Shown: positions 1 through 13,159 of the stretch, in pieces | How positions within the stretch are numbered: the stretch's first letter is position 1 | Layout: the number at the start of each line of letters is the position of its first letter | Origin: Heterodontus francisci | Taxonomy: Eukaryota | DNA: 64,000 nucleotides | Assembly: GCF_036365525.1 (NCBI RefSeq) | Contig: NC_090383.1 | Span: 3,269,112-3,333,111, forward strand | Direction of reading: 5' to 3' | Made by a program: the position numbers and the translations under genes | The notes under the pieces: generated by a model | Told to the model about the DNA's origin: nothing | What the model saw: the letters and a program-made list of their open reading frames with translations, nothing else | The model's database searches: none

Positions 1-222
1 GCATTGGAGGATTGTTGAAGTTTTTGCTTTTTTAAACTGCGATATATCACTAATTACTGGGCTCTGGGTGAATGCTGTAACTTGTGATACAAATTTCCAT
101 GTGTTTTTAGACATCAGTACATTCTGCTACAACTGGTTTTCCTTTATGAAAATTTCCAAGCTAATATCAGCTTGTAAATTTGCCCTGGTGATTCATTGCC
201 ATCTGTAATTGTTCCCTCCCAG

Positions 223-355
223 ATCGGAGTTCTACAAGCACATTGTCCTGTCTGGTGGCTCCACCATGTACCCAGGTTTGCCTTCGCGCCTGGAGCGTGA
301 GCTCAAACAGCTGTACCTTGAGCGTGTACTTAAAGGAGATGTTGAGAAACTTTCT
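223..355 (+). CDS. ACTR2: Actin-related protein 2 (Arp2), penultimate coding exon (133 bp)
   Basis: Pyrimidine-rich acceptor gttccctcccAG ends at 222 and donor GTAAG starts at 356. Reads (R)[44 protein letters not shown], matching vertebrate Arp2. Confidence 0.97.
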
Positions 356-529
356 GTAAGTCAAACCTTGCTGTTATAAATGATTCAAATTTCTCCATTT
401 GTGATTATGATAAAAACATTGTTTAGTGGAGTGAATAAACAGTGCAATCTATTTTACTGTAATTGCAGATAAATCTGGGATCTAATGTTGCAGAAGTGTT
501 CCACTGTATCTCCCTCACCATCTCAACTC

Positions 530-1610
530 ATACACCCCAGAGTGGATCTTCCATTCTCCTAGTTCTGGCCTTGCTTTAAAAATTCTCATCCTTGTTTTCA
601 AATCCATTGTCCATCCAGTCGTAGCCAGAGAATCACCTGCAATGGTTTCTCTTCCTGCTGCCAAACCATTACCTCTGGTGTCCCCATGGATCTGTACTTG
701 GCCCCCTCCTATTTCTCATCTACATGCTGTCTCTTAGCGACATCATCCAAAAGCGCAATGTTAATTTTCACATGTACGCTGACAATACCCAGCTCTACCT
801 CACCACCACCTCTCTCGACTCCTCCACTGTCTCTAAATTATCCCACTGCTTATCCGACATGCAATACTGGATAAACAAATATTGGGAAGACAGAAATCAT
901 TGTCTTCAGTCCCTGCCACAAGCTCCATTCCCAAGCTATTAACTTCATCCCTCTGAATCAGACTGTTCGAAACCTGGTGTCGTATTTGCACCCGAAATGA
1001 GCTTCCAACCACACATCTGTGACCACCTATTTCCACCTGCTTAACATCGCCTGACTGTCTCTTGCCTCAGCTCATCTGCTGTTGAAACCCTCATCTATGC
1101 CTTTGTTACCTCTGGACTTGACTATTCCAGTGCACTCCTGGCTGACCTCCTCTGTTCTACTGTGTAGATACTTGAGGTCATCCAAAACGCTGCCCATATC
1201 CTAACTTGCACCAAGTTCCATTCACTCATCACCCCTGTGCTTGCTGACCCACGTTGGCTCCCAGTCGGTGCCTTGCATTTAAAATTCTCGTCCTTGTTTT
1301 CAAATCCTTCCATGGCCCCACAATCATCAGGTATCTGCACGCCTCCAATTCTGGCCTCCTGAGTATCCTCTGATTTTCATCACTTCCCCCATTGGTGACC
1401 ATGCCTTCAGCTGCCTGGGCCTGAAGCTCTGGGGCTCCCTCCTAAGCCTCTCCACCTCACTACCTTTCCTCCTTTAGGATGCTCGTTAAAACTGCCCTTT
1501 TTGGTCACTTTTCCTAATATCTCCTCATGTGGCTCAGTATCAAATTTTGTTAGGTAACATGGCTTTGGGACATTGAAGGCGCATGATAAATGCAGGTTGT
1601 AGTAGTGTGT
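530..1610 (+). mobile_element. Degenerate L2-type LINE 3' fragments
   Basis: RT remnants ctctggtgtcccccatggatctgtacttggccccctcct (GVPQGSVLGP-like) and FHMYADNTQLYL in ORF 724-942. Ends in an L2-like tail gaaggcgcatgataaatgcaggttgt. Confidence 0.75.
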
Positions 1611-1849
1611 CTCCCCCATCTGCTCTCTTTTTTTTTTTAACCCACCACCACCCCCTCCATTGTTAGCAGAGACTTAACCCTCCAAAACGTCACTGGAGTT
1701 CTCTTCCTAAACCTATGTTTTGCCATTCATTGCCTCACTTTGAAATGTCTCCTCAAAACCTACCTCTGGTCTTGCCTTCATTTGCCTCCTTGAACCTTCT
1801 TTCCCCCTCTCGGTTTGTGTCTAATGCTGCCGCTTATTAATTGCCTGAT

Positions 1850-1970
1850 GATTTGATAAGCAAAGGGGTGAAAGGTTATCAGAGGTAGGTGAAAATGTGG
1901 AGTAATCAGTTCAGCCATGAACTTAGTGAATGGCTGAGGAGGCTTGAAGGGCCAAGTGGCCTGTTCGTAT
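1850..1970 (+). mobile_element. CR1 LINE 3' tail fragment
   Basis: ttgataagcaaaggggtgaaaggttatc...gggccaagtggcct, similar to the CR1 3' end at about 59090-59220. Confidence 0.7.
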
Positions 1971-2099
1971 GCAACATATTATGGTTGAATTCAATAGCTC
2001 ACCATGTAGGGAACGTGTGGAATAACTCCTCCTGCAGCATTACCTCAGTGAGTAAGGGCAGTCTCAAACTAATCATCTTGATAGCTGTCTAGCCTCTGT

Positions 2100-2475
2100 C
2101 CCACACGGTATGGTAACATTGTGCTTGTTATACTGGACTCTCAATCCAAAGGCATGGACTAATAATCCAGAGGATTCCAGTTCAAATCTGAGTTTAAGAA
2201 TTTGAATTCCATTTTAAAAAATATCTGGGAAGTGAGGAGCTGGTTGGACTCAGTAGAAAGTCAGCATGAAGTTATTGGTTTGTTGTAAAAACACAACCTG
2301 ATGTCTGTTAGGGAAGGAAGCCTGTTACCCTTACCCGATCTGTGCCTAAATGTGACTCCAGACCCACACCAACAACTTCCTTCTGAAGTGGCCTAGCAGC
2401 CCACTTAGTTCAGGGTGACAGGGAATGGGAAATACATGTCGGCCTTGCCAGCAACTCCCAAGAATGAATAAAACA
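2100..2475 (+). mobile_element. Old SINE with an LF-SINE-like, LINE-derived 3' tail
   Basis: Degenerate tRNA-like head (ccagttcaaatc). Tail gggaatgggaaatacatgtcggccttgccagcaactcccaagaatgaataaaa resembles the LINE 3' end at about 28740-28810. Confidence 0.55.
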
Positions 2476-2569
2476 ATCCCTCCTTCTGCTCTGTTTATTC
2501 TTCCCATGGGGATCTCATTTTAAAAGAAAATCATGTAGCTACCCACCCAGCTGCAAGCTCTTGTTTATT

Positions 2570-2770
2570 ACTGGATAGTGTCTGACTGGAAGTGAAAAGG
2601 TTGTGGCTTTAATCTAGATTTTCATGCAATACTGAAGTGCTGAATGGTCAAAGGTGCTGTCCCTTTGGATGACATTAAACCAAGGCACATGCAGTCTGAA
2701 CGTTAAAGATTGCAAAGAAAGAAGGGTGTTTTTTTTTTTTCCCTAGACTGCATTATTTCCTCAAATAACA
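2570..2770 (+). mobile_element. Highly degenerate Deu-domain SINE fragment
   Basis: aaggttgtgg...caatactgaagtgctg...aggtgctgtccctttggatgacattaaaccaaggc resembles the copies at 11156 and 54232. Confidence 0.4.
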
Positions 2771-3230
2771 CTAAAATAGGACAAAACTTGAGGTATGAAG
2801 TAGTTTCATAAGAGGCTTTTTAAGTCAATTTTCTCCAATCCCCTGTCTTTCTCAGCTGTACTGCGATACAGTTCCATGGGCTGTGGTTGATATTTAGCAC
2901 CTAACCAAAGTAGACGCTATTTATAGGTGATCCTTGGAGACTATTAGCAAGCAGTTTGACTACAGCTGACCCTGATTCTGTCCCTATCTGATGTCTCTGC
3001 ATGCATTTCCAGTAGGAGTTTCTGTGAAACTACTGAATGGGAATCCTGGCTGATTGAGCACTTTGAGTGTGGGACCCTCCTGAGCTGTGAGGTTCAGTGA
3101 CTAAGGGTATAACTGAGCTATTGAAGTGCTTCAGAAGCTGCTTTGTACCACAAGTCTGGTAATGCATAAAAATGAGACGTGAGTAGCTGCCTCTTAGTGT
3201 TCTGGTGGCACATAACCTGAATCGAAGTGA

Positions 3231-4136
3231 TGCCATGTGGGAGCTCCAGGATGCTTCCCGTATTCCCATTTGTGCAGGGAGTGTTGTCAATTGCAGCAAC
3301 TTGAGCTCCGGGTTTTGGAACTTGAGCAGCAGCTGGCGACACTGTGGTGCATTCATGAGGATGAGAGCTACATGGATAGCACGTTTATAGATGTGGTCAC
3401 CCCACAGCTTAAGGGTATGCAGGGAGAGAGGGAATGGGTGACCACCAGGCAGTCAAAAAGAATCAGGCAGGTAGTGCAGGAGGACCCCTAAGTGCATCTC
3501 ACTCTCCAACAGGTATTCAGTTCTGAATACTGGGGAAAGTGATGCTTCACTTGGGGAGTGCAGCCAGAGCCAAGTTTATGGCACCATGGGTGGCTCAGCT
3601 GCACAGGGGGTGCAGGGAAGACTGGAAAAGCCATAGAGATAGGTGATTCAGTGATCAGGAGAACAGACAGGCGTTTCTGTGGCTGCAGACGTGAATCCAG
3701 GATGGTCTGTTGCATCCATGGTGCCAGGGTCAAGGATGTTATTGAGCAGCTGCAGAGCATCCTGAAGGGGACGGGTGAACAGTCAGCAGTCGTGGACCAC
3801 ATCGGAACCAATGACATTGGTAGAAAGAGGGATGTGGTCCTGCAGTCAGAATTTCGGGAGCTGGGTAAGAAATTAGCAAGCAGGACCGCAAAAGTAGTAA
3901 ACTCTGGATTACTCCCAGTGCCTCGCACAAGTGAGTACAGAAATAGAAGGATAAGACAGATGAATGCGTGGCTGGAAAGATGGTGTCGGAGGGAGAGCTT
4001 CAGATTCCTGGGACATTGGGGCCGGCTCTGGGGGAGATGGGACCTGTACCAGCCAGACGGTTTGCACCTGAACGGAGCCGGGACTGAATTCCTTGCAGGA
4101 CATTTTGCTAGTGTTGTTGGGGAGGGTTTAAACTAG
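3231..4136 (+). pseudogene. CR1 ORF1 remnant (Cys-rich knuckle, coiled coil, SGNH esterase-like domain)
   Basis: HLCRECCQLQQLELRVLELEQQL, then IGDSVIR, HIGTNDI and DGLHLN motifs (ORFs 3237-3491 and 3558-4136). Broken by frameshifts. Confidence 0.88.
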
Positions 4137-4279
4137 TTTGGCAGCGGGGTGGGGACCTGAGGGTAGACTCTGTTGGGACAAAAATCAAATGAAAATGGAA
4201 GGCAGAAAATTAATGGATGAGTCTGGAAGACAGAGGAAACAAAGGTTAGAAAATAAGAGAGTGTGTTTGGCAGTGCTCA

Positions 4280-7200
4280 AGGGTATCTATTTCAATGCAA
4301 GGAGTATAGCAAATAAATCAGAAGAGCTGAGGACACAGACACATGGCAGTATGATATCATAGCTATTACAGAAATATGGCTTAAGGAGGATCAGGAATGG
4401 CAGCTCAACGTTCCTGGTTACAGGGTTTTCAGGCGCGATAGGGGGATAAGAAAGGAGGGGGTGGCAATTCTGATCAAGGAAACTGTTACAGCTGTGAGGA
4501 GGGATGATTTGTTGAAAGGTTAATCAAATGAGGCCATATGGATTGAGCTAAGGAACAAAAATGGGGCAATCACACTGCTGGGAGTGTACTATAGACCCCC
4601 AAACAGTCAGGGGGAGATAGAAGACCAGATATGTAGGCAAATCTCTGAAGTACAAGAACAATAGGGCAGTAATAGGGGATTTTAACTACCTCACTATTAA
4701 CTGGGATAGTTTTAGTGTGAAAGGAATTGATGGAGCAGAATTCTTGAGGTGCGTTCAGGAGAACATTTTTGCCCAGTATGTAGCAAGTCCAACAAGAGAG
4801 GGTGCAGTTTTAGACTTCGTTTTAAGGAATTAAGATGGGCAGTCAGTGGAAGGGGTGGCAATGGGAGAGCATTTTGGTGGTAGTGATCATAATTCAGTCA
4901 GTTTGAACATAATTATGGAAGAGGACAGTTAGAACAGGAGTTAGAGTTCTCAATTGGGGCAAGGCCAATTTTACTGAACTGAGGAGTGATTTGGCGAAAG
5001 TGGAGTGGAAACAGCTACTTGCAGGTAAATCAGTGTCAGAGCAGTGGGAGACATTCAAAGGGGAGATTCAAGGAGTTCAGAGTAAACATCTTCCCACAAA
5101 GAAAAAGGGTGAGATGGCCAAATCTAGAGCCCCATGGATGTCAACGAGCCTACAGGGTAGGATAAGACAGAAAAGGAAAGCTTATGTCCAACACCAAGAA
5201 CTCAATACTACAGAAAGCCGAGAGTACAGAAAGTGGAGGGGTGAAATCAAAAAGGAAATTAGGAAAGCAAAGGGAGGGCATGAAAGAATATTGGCAACCA
5301 AAATCAATGTGAACCCAAAGATGTTTTATCAATACATTAAACGAATAACTAAGGAGAGAGTAGGGCCCATAAAAGACCAAAAAGGTAACCTATGTGTAGG
5401 GGTGGAAGATATTGGTATGGTTCTTAATGAATACTTTGCGTCTGTCTTCACAAAAGAGGGGGACGTTGCAGATATTGTAGTTAAGGAGGAAGAGTGAGAA
5501 ATATTGGATGTGATGAACATAGAGAGAGGAAGTATTAACGGGATTAGCATCCTTGAAATTTGATAAATCACCAGGGCCTGAGGAAATGTACCCCAGGCTG
5601 TTAAAAGAAGCAAGAGAGGAAATATGGGTGGCGCAGTGGTTAGCACCGCAGCCTCACAGCTCCAGCGACCCGGGTTCAATTCTGGGTACTGCCTGTGTGG
5701 AGTTTGCAAGTTCTCCCTGTGTCTGCGTGGGTTTCCTCTGGGTGCTCCGGTTTCCTCCCACAAGCCAAAGACTTGCAGGTTGATAGGTTAATTGGCCATT
5801 AGCAATTGCTCCTAGTATAGGTAGGTGGTAGGGAAATATAGGGACAGGTGGGGATGTGGTAGGAATATGGAATTGGTGTAGGATTAGTATAAATGGGTGG
5901 TTGATGGTCGGCACAGACTCGGTGGGCCGAAGGGCCAGTTCCAGTGCTGTATCTATTAAAAAAAAAAAATAGCAGACCATCATTTTCCAGTCCTCACTGG
6001 ATACAGGTGTGGTGTGGGAGGATTGGCGAACTGCAAACTTTGTACCTCTTTAAAAAGGGAGTGAAGGATAGACTGAATAATTACAGGCCAGCTAGTCTAA
6101 GCTTAGTGGTAGGCAAATTCTTGGAATCTATTCTGAGACAGGATAAACTGTCACTTAGGCACAGGTTAATCAAGGATAGTCAGCATGGATTTGTTAAGGG
6201 AAGATCTTGTTTGACCAACTTGATTGAATTTTTTGAAGAAGTAACAAGGAAGGTAGTTGAGGGTAGTGCAGTTGATGTGGTCTATATGGATTTTAGCAAG
6301 GCTTTTGACAAGGTCCTACATGGCAGACTGGTTAAAAAAATTAAAATCCTGTGGGATCCATGAAAATGCAGCAAGTTGGATACAAAATTGACTCAGTGGC
6401 AGGAAGCAAAGAGTAATTGTTGATGGGTATTTTAGTGACTGGAGGGCTGTTTCCAGTGACATTCCGCAGGGCTCAGTACTGGGTCTCCTGCTTTTTGTAG
6501 GAGGCATGATCAAGAAGTTTACAGACGACACAAAGATTGGCCATGTGGTAGATAGCGAGGAGGATAGCTGTAGGCTGCAGGAAGATATTGATGGTCAGGT
6601 CAGATGGGCAGAAAAGCGGCAAATGGAATTCAACCTGGAGAAGTGTGAGGTGATGCATTTGGGGAGGTCAAACAAAGCAAAGGAATACACGATAAATGGG
6701 AAAATACTGAGAAATGTAGAGGAAGTGAGGGACCTTGGACTGAATGTCCACAGATCCCTGAAGGTAGCAGGACAGGTCAATAAGGTGGTTAAGAAGGCAT
6801 ATGGAATCCTTTCCTTTATTAGCCGAGGTATAGAATATATGAACAGGGAGGTTATGCTAGAACTGTATAACTCATTGATTAGGCACCAACTTGAGTACTG
6901 TGTGCAGTTCTGGTGACCTCATTACAGAAAAGACGTAATTGCACTAGAGAGGGTACAGAGGTGATTTACGAGGATGTTGCCAGGACTGGAAAAATGCAGC
7001 CATGAGGAAAGATTGGATAGGCCGGGGTTGTTCTCCTTGGAACAGAAAAGGCTGACAGGAGATCTGATTGAAATGTACAAAATTTTGAGGGGCTTGGATA
7101 GAGTGGAGGTGAAGGGACTATTCACCTTAGCAGAGAGGTCAGTGACGAGGGGGCATAGATTTCAAGTGATTGGTAGAAAAATTAGAGGGGAGATAAGGAA

Positions 7201-7357
7201 AAACTTTTTCACCCAGAGGGTGGTGATGGTCTGGGACTCACTGCCTGAAAGGGTAGTTGAGGCAGAGACCCTCAACTCATTCAAAAGGAGTCTGGATATG
7301 CACGTCAAGTGCTGTAAGCTGCAGGGCTACGGACCAAATGCTGGGAGCTGGAATTAG
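4280..7357 (+). pseudogene. CR1 ORF2 remnant (APE endonuclease and reverse transcriptase)
   Basis: YFNARSI, YYRPP, NYRPASL, QHGFVKGRSCLTNLIEFFE, YMDFSKAFDKV, KFTDDTK and LEYCVQFW. Many stops and frameshifts; split by a SINE. Confidence 0.9.
5626..5969 (+). mobile_element. tRNA-derived V-SINE (HE1-like) inserted in CR1 ORF2
   Basis: A box tggcgcagtgg, B box ggttcaattct, V domain tgtggagtttgcaagttctccctgtgtctgcgtgggtttcc, CR1-like tail gggccgaagggcc and poly(A). Interrupts gaggaaata|gcaga. Confidence 0.9.
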
Positions 7358-7680
7358 AATAGGTGGATTGTTCTTCGGTTGGCACAGACACGATGGGCCA
7401 AATGGCCTTTTTCTGTGCCTTTAAAGTTTCTATGATTCTATAATTTCTATTCTAACAAATGTTCCTTAAGCATCAAGTTACTCAGCACAACTTCTAAGGG
7501 TGGAGGAGGGGGAAACAGGTAGGTGTCTGATATCTACACAATTGTATTTAAAGGAATTGTCCAAATGACTGAATAGGGTTTTTTTCTATTAGTATGGAAT
7601 GAGAGATTAAACCTTGTTAAAATGTGCTTCACTGTTTGCCAGTTTTGTTTGGTTCTTGCTGAATGTTTGTTTCCATATAG

Positions 7681-7851
7681 AAATTCAAGATCCGTATCGA
7701 AGATCCTCCTCGGCGTAAACACATGGTGTTTTTGGGTGGAGCTGTGCTAGCAGACATTATGAAAGACAAGGATAACTTTTGGATGACCCGGCAGGAGTAT
7801 CAGGAGAAGGGTGTGCGTGTGCTCGAGAAACTTGGAGTGACTGTTCGATAA
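7681..7851 (+). CDS. ACTR2: Arp2 terminal coding exon
   Basis: [56 protein letters not shown] followed by TAA (7849-7851), the Arp2 C-terminus. Confidence 0.97.
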
Positions 7852-8940
7852 ACTAACGCATTCGTTCCAACGGGTCTCGCTGCTTTTATTTCCTTGCTCA
7901 TGTTTAAATCATTTGCCTATCTGACATGGATAGGCTTCTGCCCTTTGACTCCTGGGCTCAGCTTTTGTTCACTGGTACTGCTGGTTTCCTTGGAGAGCTT
8001 TGTTTAATGTTTATCAATTTGCCTAAACTTAAAAGCATTTAACTTGAACATTTCCTTGCAAACAAAAAAAAAAACCAAGGCAAAGGGGAGGGTGTCTGTC
8101 TTCTGCATTGTGACAACCCTGTAGGCATTTGGAGGACCACTGTCGGGTTCTTTATTTGCATCTGTAGCATTGGACTACTAGCTGTGCTTGTAGCACACTA
8201 GATAGTTTGATGTTCTGGCTATGAGGAACTACTCCATTCATTTATGTTAAAGAATAAAGCAGCTTTCACTACCACTATATTGCAGTGGTTAGCACTATCG
8301 ATTTAATGATTTTTAATGTAGGTTCACCTTCAGGAAGTGGGGCCAGAGTACATTGTTGCCAGTGTCATTTTATTTTTAACAAACCTTCATTGCCGAGTCC
8401 GGGGACAGGCTCTGGCAGTGAACTATTACATTCAGTTCAGATTCTTTGTTGTGGGATGTTTAAATGGTAAATGCCAGCTAGCGTGATTTAATTATGTATG
8501 TTACTTCCTCTTTGAAATAGTGGTATGCAGTGATGCACATTTCTGATACTGTAAAGAGGAGGAATGTGACAATGGACATACAAAATACTCTTCTTTTGGC
8601 ACAAGGCTACAGCAAAAAAAAACTTGTAAAACCAAATGGGACTGGGTTCCCTGGTGTTAGATTTAAAAGGTTTGTAGCTATGTTAACTAAAAATAAACCT
8701 ATATTATATAAATATATATAAGATATGAAAAACTAGAACTTACTTATAAATCGATCGAGCTGATATTTAAGTTGATCAGCGCACAATTGTCTGAAGCACT
8801 TCATGTTGGAACTCATTAAATATTAAAAGAAAAATTGCAGCGAATACAGTTACCCAATGCCAGAAGAGTCATTATAACTGGATGTCTTTTTCATATAAAC
8901 TGCATAAAACAAAATAAAGCAAAATGATTTATAGATATTT
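7852..8940 (+). other. ACTR2: ACTR2 3' UTR (end uncertain)
   Basis: AT-rich stretch with no recognisable TE after the stop codon. AATAAA occurs at 8253, 8692 and 8913, with another at 9529. Confidence 0.7.
8913..8918 (+). terminator. Candidate polyadenylation signal AATAAA
   Basis: Followed by U/GU-rich sequence (atttgtgcatacattgtttagattgatgt). Alternatives at 8253-8258 and 8692-8697. Confidence 0.5.
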
Positions 8941-11155
8941 GTGCATACATTGTTTAGATTGATGTCAATATGTCTGGTGTGGGGGGGAAACTTGATGTTT
9001 CAGACAGTCCTAAAATTAGGAATTTGAGTGCCGATGCAGGCCACTCAGCCCATTGTGTTTCTGCTGCTGCTAACCCACTAACCTGAACTATCCACTGTAC
9101 TTTACCTGTAACCTTTTAATATTCTAGCCATTTAACCAACTCCCTCTTCACTGCAATCGGCTTGGCTTCAGTAGTTGCCTGTGAAATGCATTCCACATTG
9201 AAATCACCTTATTGTGCAAGGGAGAAATATCTTTTATACTGCTGCAATTTTCACGCTACTATCTGAATAGTGTAAATATTGTGAAAACTTTTCTTAATCT
9301 GTTATCTGCCAAATTTAGATCCTATAACTTGCAGCCTGGAAGCTGTACCAAATATTTTGAAAAGTTTGGTGTACCTGTCTATAACATACAAATATGTGAG
9401 AGAAGGTGTGTGATTTTTTTTTTAAACTGGATGAATAGTATGCAAGCTGTTTGGCTTTGGGTTTTCTCAGAGCTTTCCATTCAGAGTCCCCTTCAACTTA
9501 TTTTAGAGATGTTATCTGACCTGGCTGCAATAAAAGGCTGAATTAACAAGGTCCATACCTGCATAACATTCTTCAATTATCTTGGATCTTTAATGAAGTT
9601 TAATTATGGGTTAGCCTCATTATCCTCCTTGCTTAAACCAGCACAGTGTTTAAGAAAGAGTAAACTGGTGAGAGTATTGTATGACTTTTGCTCTGCTTTA
9701 AAAAAAAAGTGCTGTGCAACTTTCAGAACCGGTAGTTTAGCAAAGTACTTGTGTAGATGGTTCCTATTAAAATAATGTCAAGTTGACCAACAAAAAAATT
9801 AATCCAAGTTATCTTTTGTATGAGGTTGCTTAGAGCACCTAGTGTAATTTCGCACTTGCTTCAGGAACACTGAAAAGATTCAGAAGCATGCTCACTGCCC
9901 TAAAATCAGGTTAGAAAACTGCCTGTGCACAGCTATTTGTGACAAGAAGCAACTATACTATTACCCATCAAAGTAGTTCTTCAAGCCTGGACTTGATATC
10001 TTCTGTGTGAAGTCCTTGGCTTTTTTTGAAAGTGGAATTTTTCATATGCAAGGTGAATTTAATGATCATTGCAGTATGTTAACTGGTTCAATCTCTGAAA
10101 AGGTGATTTGATTGACCCCTTTTCCCCAAGGCTTTTGGCTCTGTGAAGCTCAAAGAGTCGCTGCAGTCACTGTCTCCCAGAGATGAGTCTAACTTCAGAA
10201 GTGGGGTCAGCGGGAGTCTGACACCAGGATACATTTCTTCACCACTTGCAACCTCATTACACCATAATCATGAATCACTAGTTGACAATTCAGTGGTAGT
10301 GAATTTGGTGGGTTTTTGATTTAAATCAGTTTTGCCAGTGAAATTTGAAAACCAGATTCCTGGCATTGGACATTTCACATTCTTTAAAAACCTCACTACT
10401 CCATGTTTCCAATAAGGTCTATGCTCGGTAATATACTTCTGCCTGTGTCTGAAAGATTTATAGTGCATATTTACACAACCCAGGTTGGTTGAAGGGCTTT
10501 GACAGGGTAATAGATATTTCAAGAATCAAAATTGAAGTTGTAGTTGAAAAAAACTGTATTCTCAGCAAGCCTGATTTTCTAACCTCTGGTGGTACTGAAA
10601 CGTCAATGTCTTCATAACATCTGATGTGCTGTTGGCTGCACTGCTTAGTGTAAACAATGAGAGATGTTTTTAAAAACTACATCAAATACCTGTGAAAATG
10701 TGAATCTATGATAATGCTATCAGTTTAAAGTTGCCTCCTATTGCTGCAAAGTAAATGCAGCGAGCTGGACCCCTCCCTAGGTTTGCACTGAGTCTCTGCA
10801 GTGGTACTGCATAGACATGTTTACAGAAGGGGGGAGTTGTATCAAAGAGCCACCACTCTCCCTAGAGACTGAGCCATCCATTCTGTTCTCCATTGTTAAA
10901 TATTTTCTGAAACAAAACAAACTGAAGAAACTGGAATTAAATATCAGGAAGCAAAATGGTACATTTTCAAGCATTGAGTTTGCAATTGCATTTTTAAGGT
11001 TTTTGAAGCATTTTTTGTGCTCATTGTGAGAAATATTTGTGCAGGAAATGGAGTATTTGTAATCTGGATGCCCCAATGAAGTTTGAGCACTCCTCGACCA
11101 GTTGCAGAGTGCAAATCCCTTTACTCTGCCCAAAAATACTGCCTCCATTCTTTAG

Positions 11156-11560
11156 GTGTCAGCTGCAGCTCATTCGGTAGCACACTCACCTCTTGAGGCA
11201 GCTGGTTCCACTCCAGAGGCTTGCGCACAAAATCTAAGCTGACACTCCAGTGCAGTACTGAGGGAGTGCTGCACTGTCAGAGGTACGGTCTTTTGGCTGA
11301 AATGTTAAACCAAGGCCCCATCTGTCCCCTCGAGTGGCACTATTTTGAAGAGCCGGGGAGTTATCCCTGATGGCCAATATTTATCCCTCAACCAACATTA
11401 TGTGTTCATTATCCCATTACTGTTTGTGGGAGCTTGCTGTGTGCAAATTTCTGGCCGCATTTCCTATATTGCAACAGTGACTACACTGAAAGTAGTTAAT
11501 TGGCTATAAGGTACTTCAGGCCATCCTATGGTTGTACAATGCCCAATATGAATGCAAGTC
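11156..11560 (+). mobile_element. Deu-domain tRNA SINE (SacSINE1/AmnSINE-related)
   Basis: Core gctgacactccagtgcagtactgagggagtgctgcactgtcagaggt...gttaaaccaaggcccc and L2-like tail aatgcaagt. Similar to 54232-54695. Confidence 0.8.
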
Positions 11561-13159
11561 TGTCTGTGCATGTCTGTCTTTCCCCTTAAAGCACTCGGGG
11601 ATGTGATCTAATTTGGAATATACTTTAACACCTCCCTTCCCTACTCTCTGCCTGCCACAGATCAAAAATATATTTTGTAGCTTTTCCATCCCCAAAACTT
11701 TATTTTCAAAATTAGAATAACATTTTTAACTGCAACTTAAATGTTTTCTCGAATTTATAGTAAGCTTTTCACTAACTGAGTTGTGGCAAGTACTCATTTT
11801 GTTCAAATCAGTTACTGTGTCCATACATTTGTGTGACAAGTGCATCTTCATCGTGAACTGTTTGAAAGTTGGCAAAAACTATTTTAGTACACACAGTTTT
11901 GAACCAATATGTTCTTTACAGTGAAAATTGCCACTGAATTTCCTAGACTATGTAAGCTTGGTAGCAGTTTGCAATTGCCAAGACCCGTGATCTTCAGGAG
12001 TCTGGAGGAAATGAAGGCTATCTTTGGATAACTTTACAAAATATGACATTGACTTTCATGTCTTTGACTTCCTCAACCAGCACACATAAGGCAAGGAACT
12101 TTGTCCTGAGATTATTGGCTTGACTATATTCTTGACTATTATCTTTGCTTGTGTCAAAATGGTTTTCTTGGGATCTGCTTATGACTAGGCTGCTATCTGT
12201 GTGGTTTATGTGCACAAGTACACTTTTATTAAAAAAAAATTACACCAACATTGCATGTGTGTTTCTTTTAACTCTCCTACATTGGCTTTCAAGAGGAATC
12301 AAGTCACCCGATTGAACAATTGGAGTGGATGGGCAAAAAGTCATTATTTGCTACTTTTTCTATCCTGTGGGTAGAAACACTCTATGCATAAATGGGGTAG
12401 TTTCACCACTAGAGGAGAGATGACTGCAGATGCTTGACACAACTTTCCAATGTGGCTTTGTAGTATAAATTTAAGTACAAGAGTCCCTTTCATTTCCCTG
12501 TGTTAGCATTGTTCACAACGTGCTTGAACAGGGCAATGTAGGAATGTCTGCTAATGGTTATTTTTCATCTGCTCTGGGCTCAATAACAATGCTGTACTGT
12601 ATTATGAAAAGATTATTTAATCCTTGTGGATTAAAACCAGCATATTTTTTACATGCTGTAATGCTTTAATTACATTCACATCAAGGTTGCACCAGCTGCA
12701 ATCCTGCCTCCGACATGCAAAGTTAAAGTATCTGAATTGTAGGTGTCAGTATGAACCAGCCCAGCCTTGGATTGACTTTGTCACCACAAATTCAGCATGC
12801 AACCCTCGAAATCTGACAGTTTTTCTTCCTTTCCGTCATTGCACCTACTTAATTGTTTTTGTCTCAGCTGTGATCGGTGTCTCACAATTTAAGAAAATTA
12901 TGAAATTTAAACTTGAACCAATTTCCCAATGCACAGAACAGGAAAAACTCTTTAAAATAAGGGCAGACTGACTACCTACCCACAGGTTTCATATTGCGAG
13001 CCCAGATTCGGGGTGAAATTGGTCTTTGGGTAGAGTAAAATGGATAACAACGAATTGGTAGCCTGCTTTTGATATTCCATTGAGGTCCTTTTTCAATGTT
13101 TCTTTTGTCTAAATCAGTGAGTGTCGTCTTTGACCCTGAGCTAACCTCTGCATCATAAG

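Larger units (their letters stand above)
3230..7455 (+). mobile_element. Near full-length decayed CR1 LINE, sense orientation in the ACTR2 intron
   Basis: ORF1, APE endonuclease and RT remnants in order, ending in the CR1 terminal repeat tttctatgattctataatttctattcta (about 7427-7455). Confidence 0.93.
356..7680 (+). other. ACTR2: Last intron of ACTR2 (7325 bp, GT-AG, phase 0), mostly TE-derived
   Basis: GTAAG at 356 and ttccatatAG ending at 7680. The flanking exons join in frame as ...VEKLS|[10 protein letters not shown]... Confidence 0.95.

Noticed and set aside
167-364. Minus-strand 65-aa ORF
   Set aside because: Antisense shadow of the ACTR2 exon.
3558-4136. 192-aa SGNH-hydrolase-like ORF as a nested host gene
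   Set aside because: It is CR1 ORF1, directly upstream of ORF2 and frameshifted at its 5' end.
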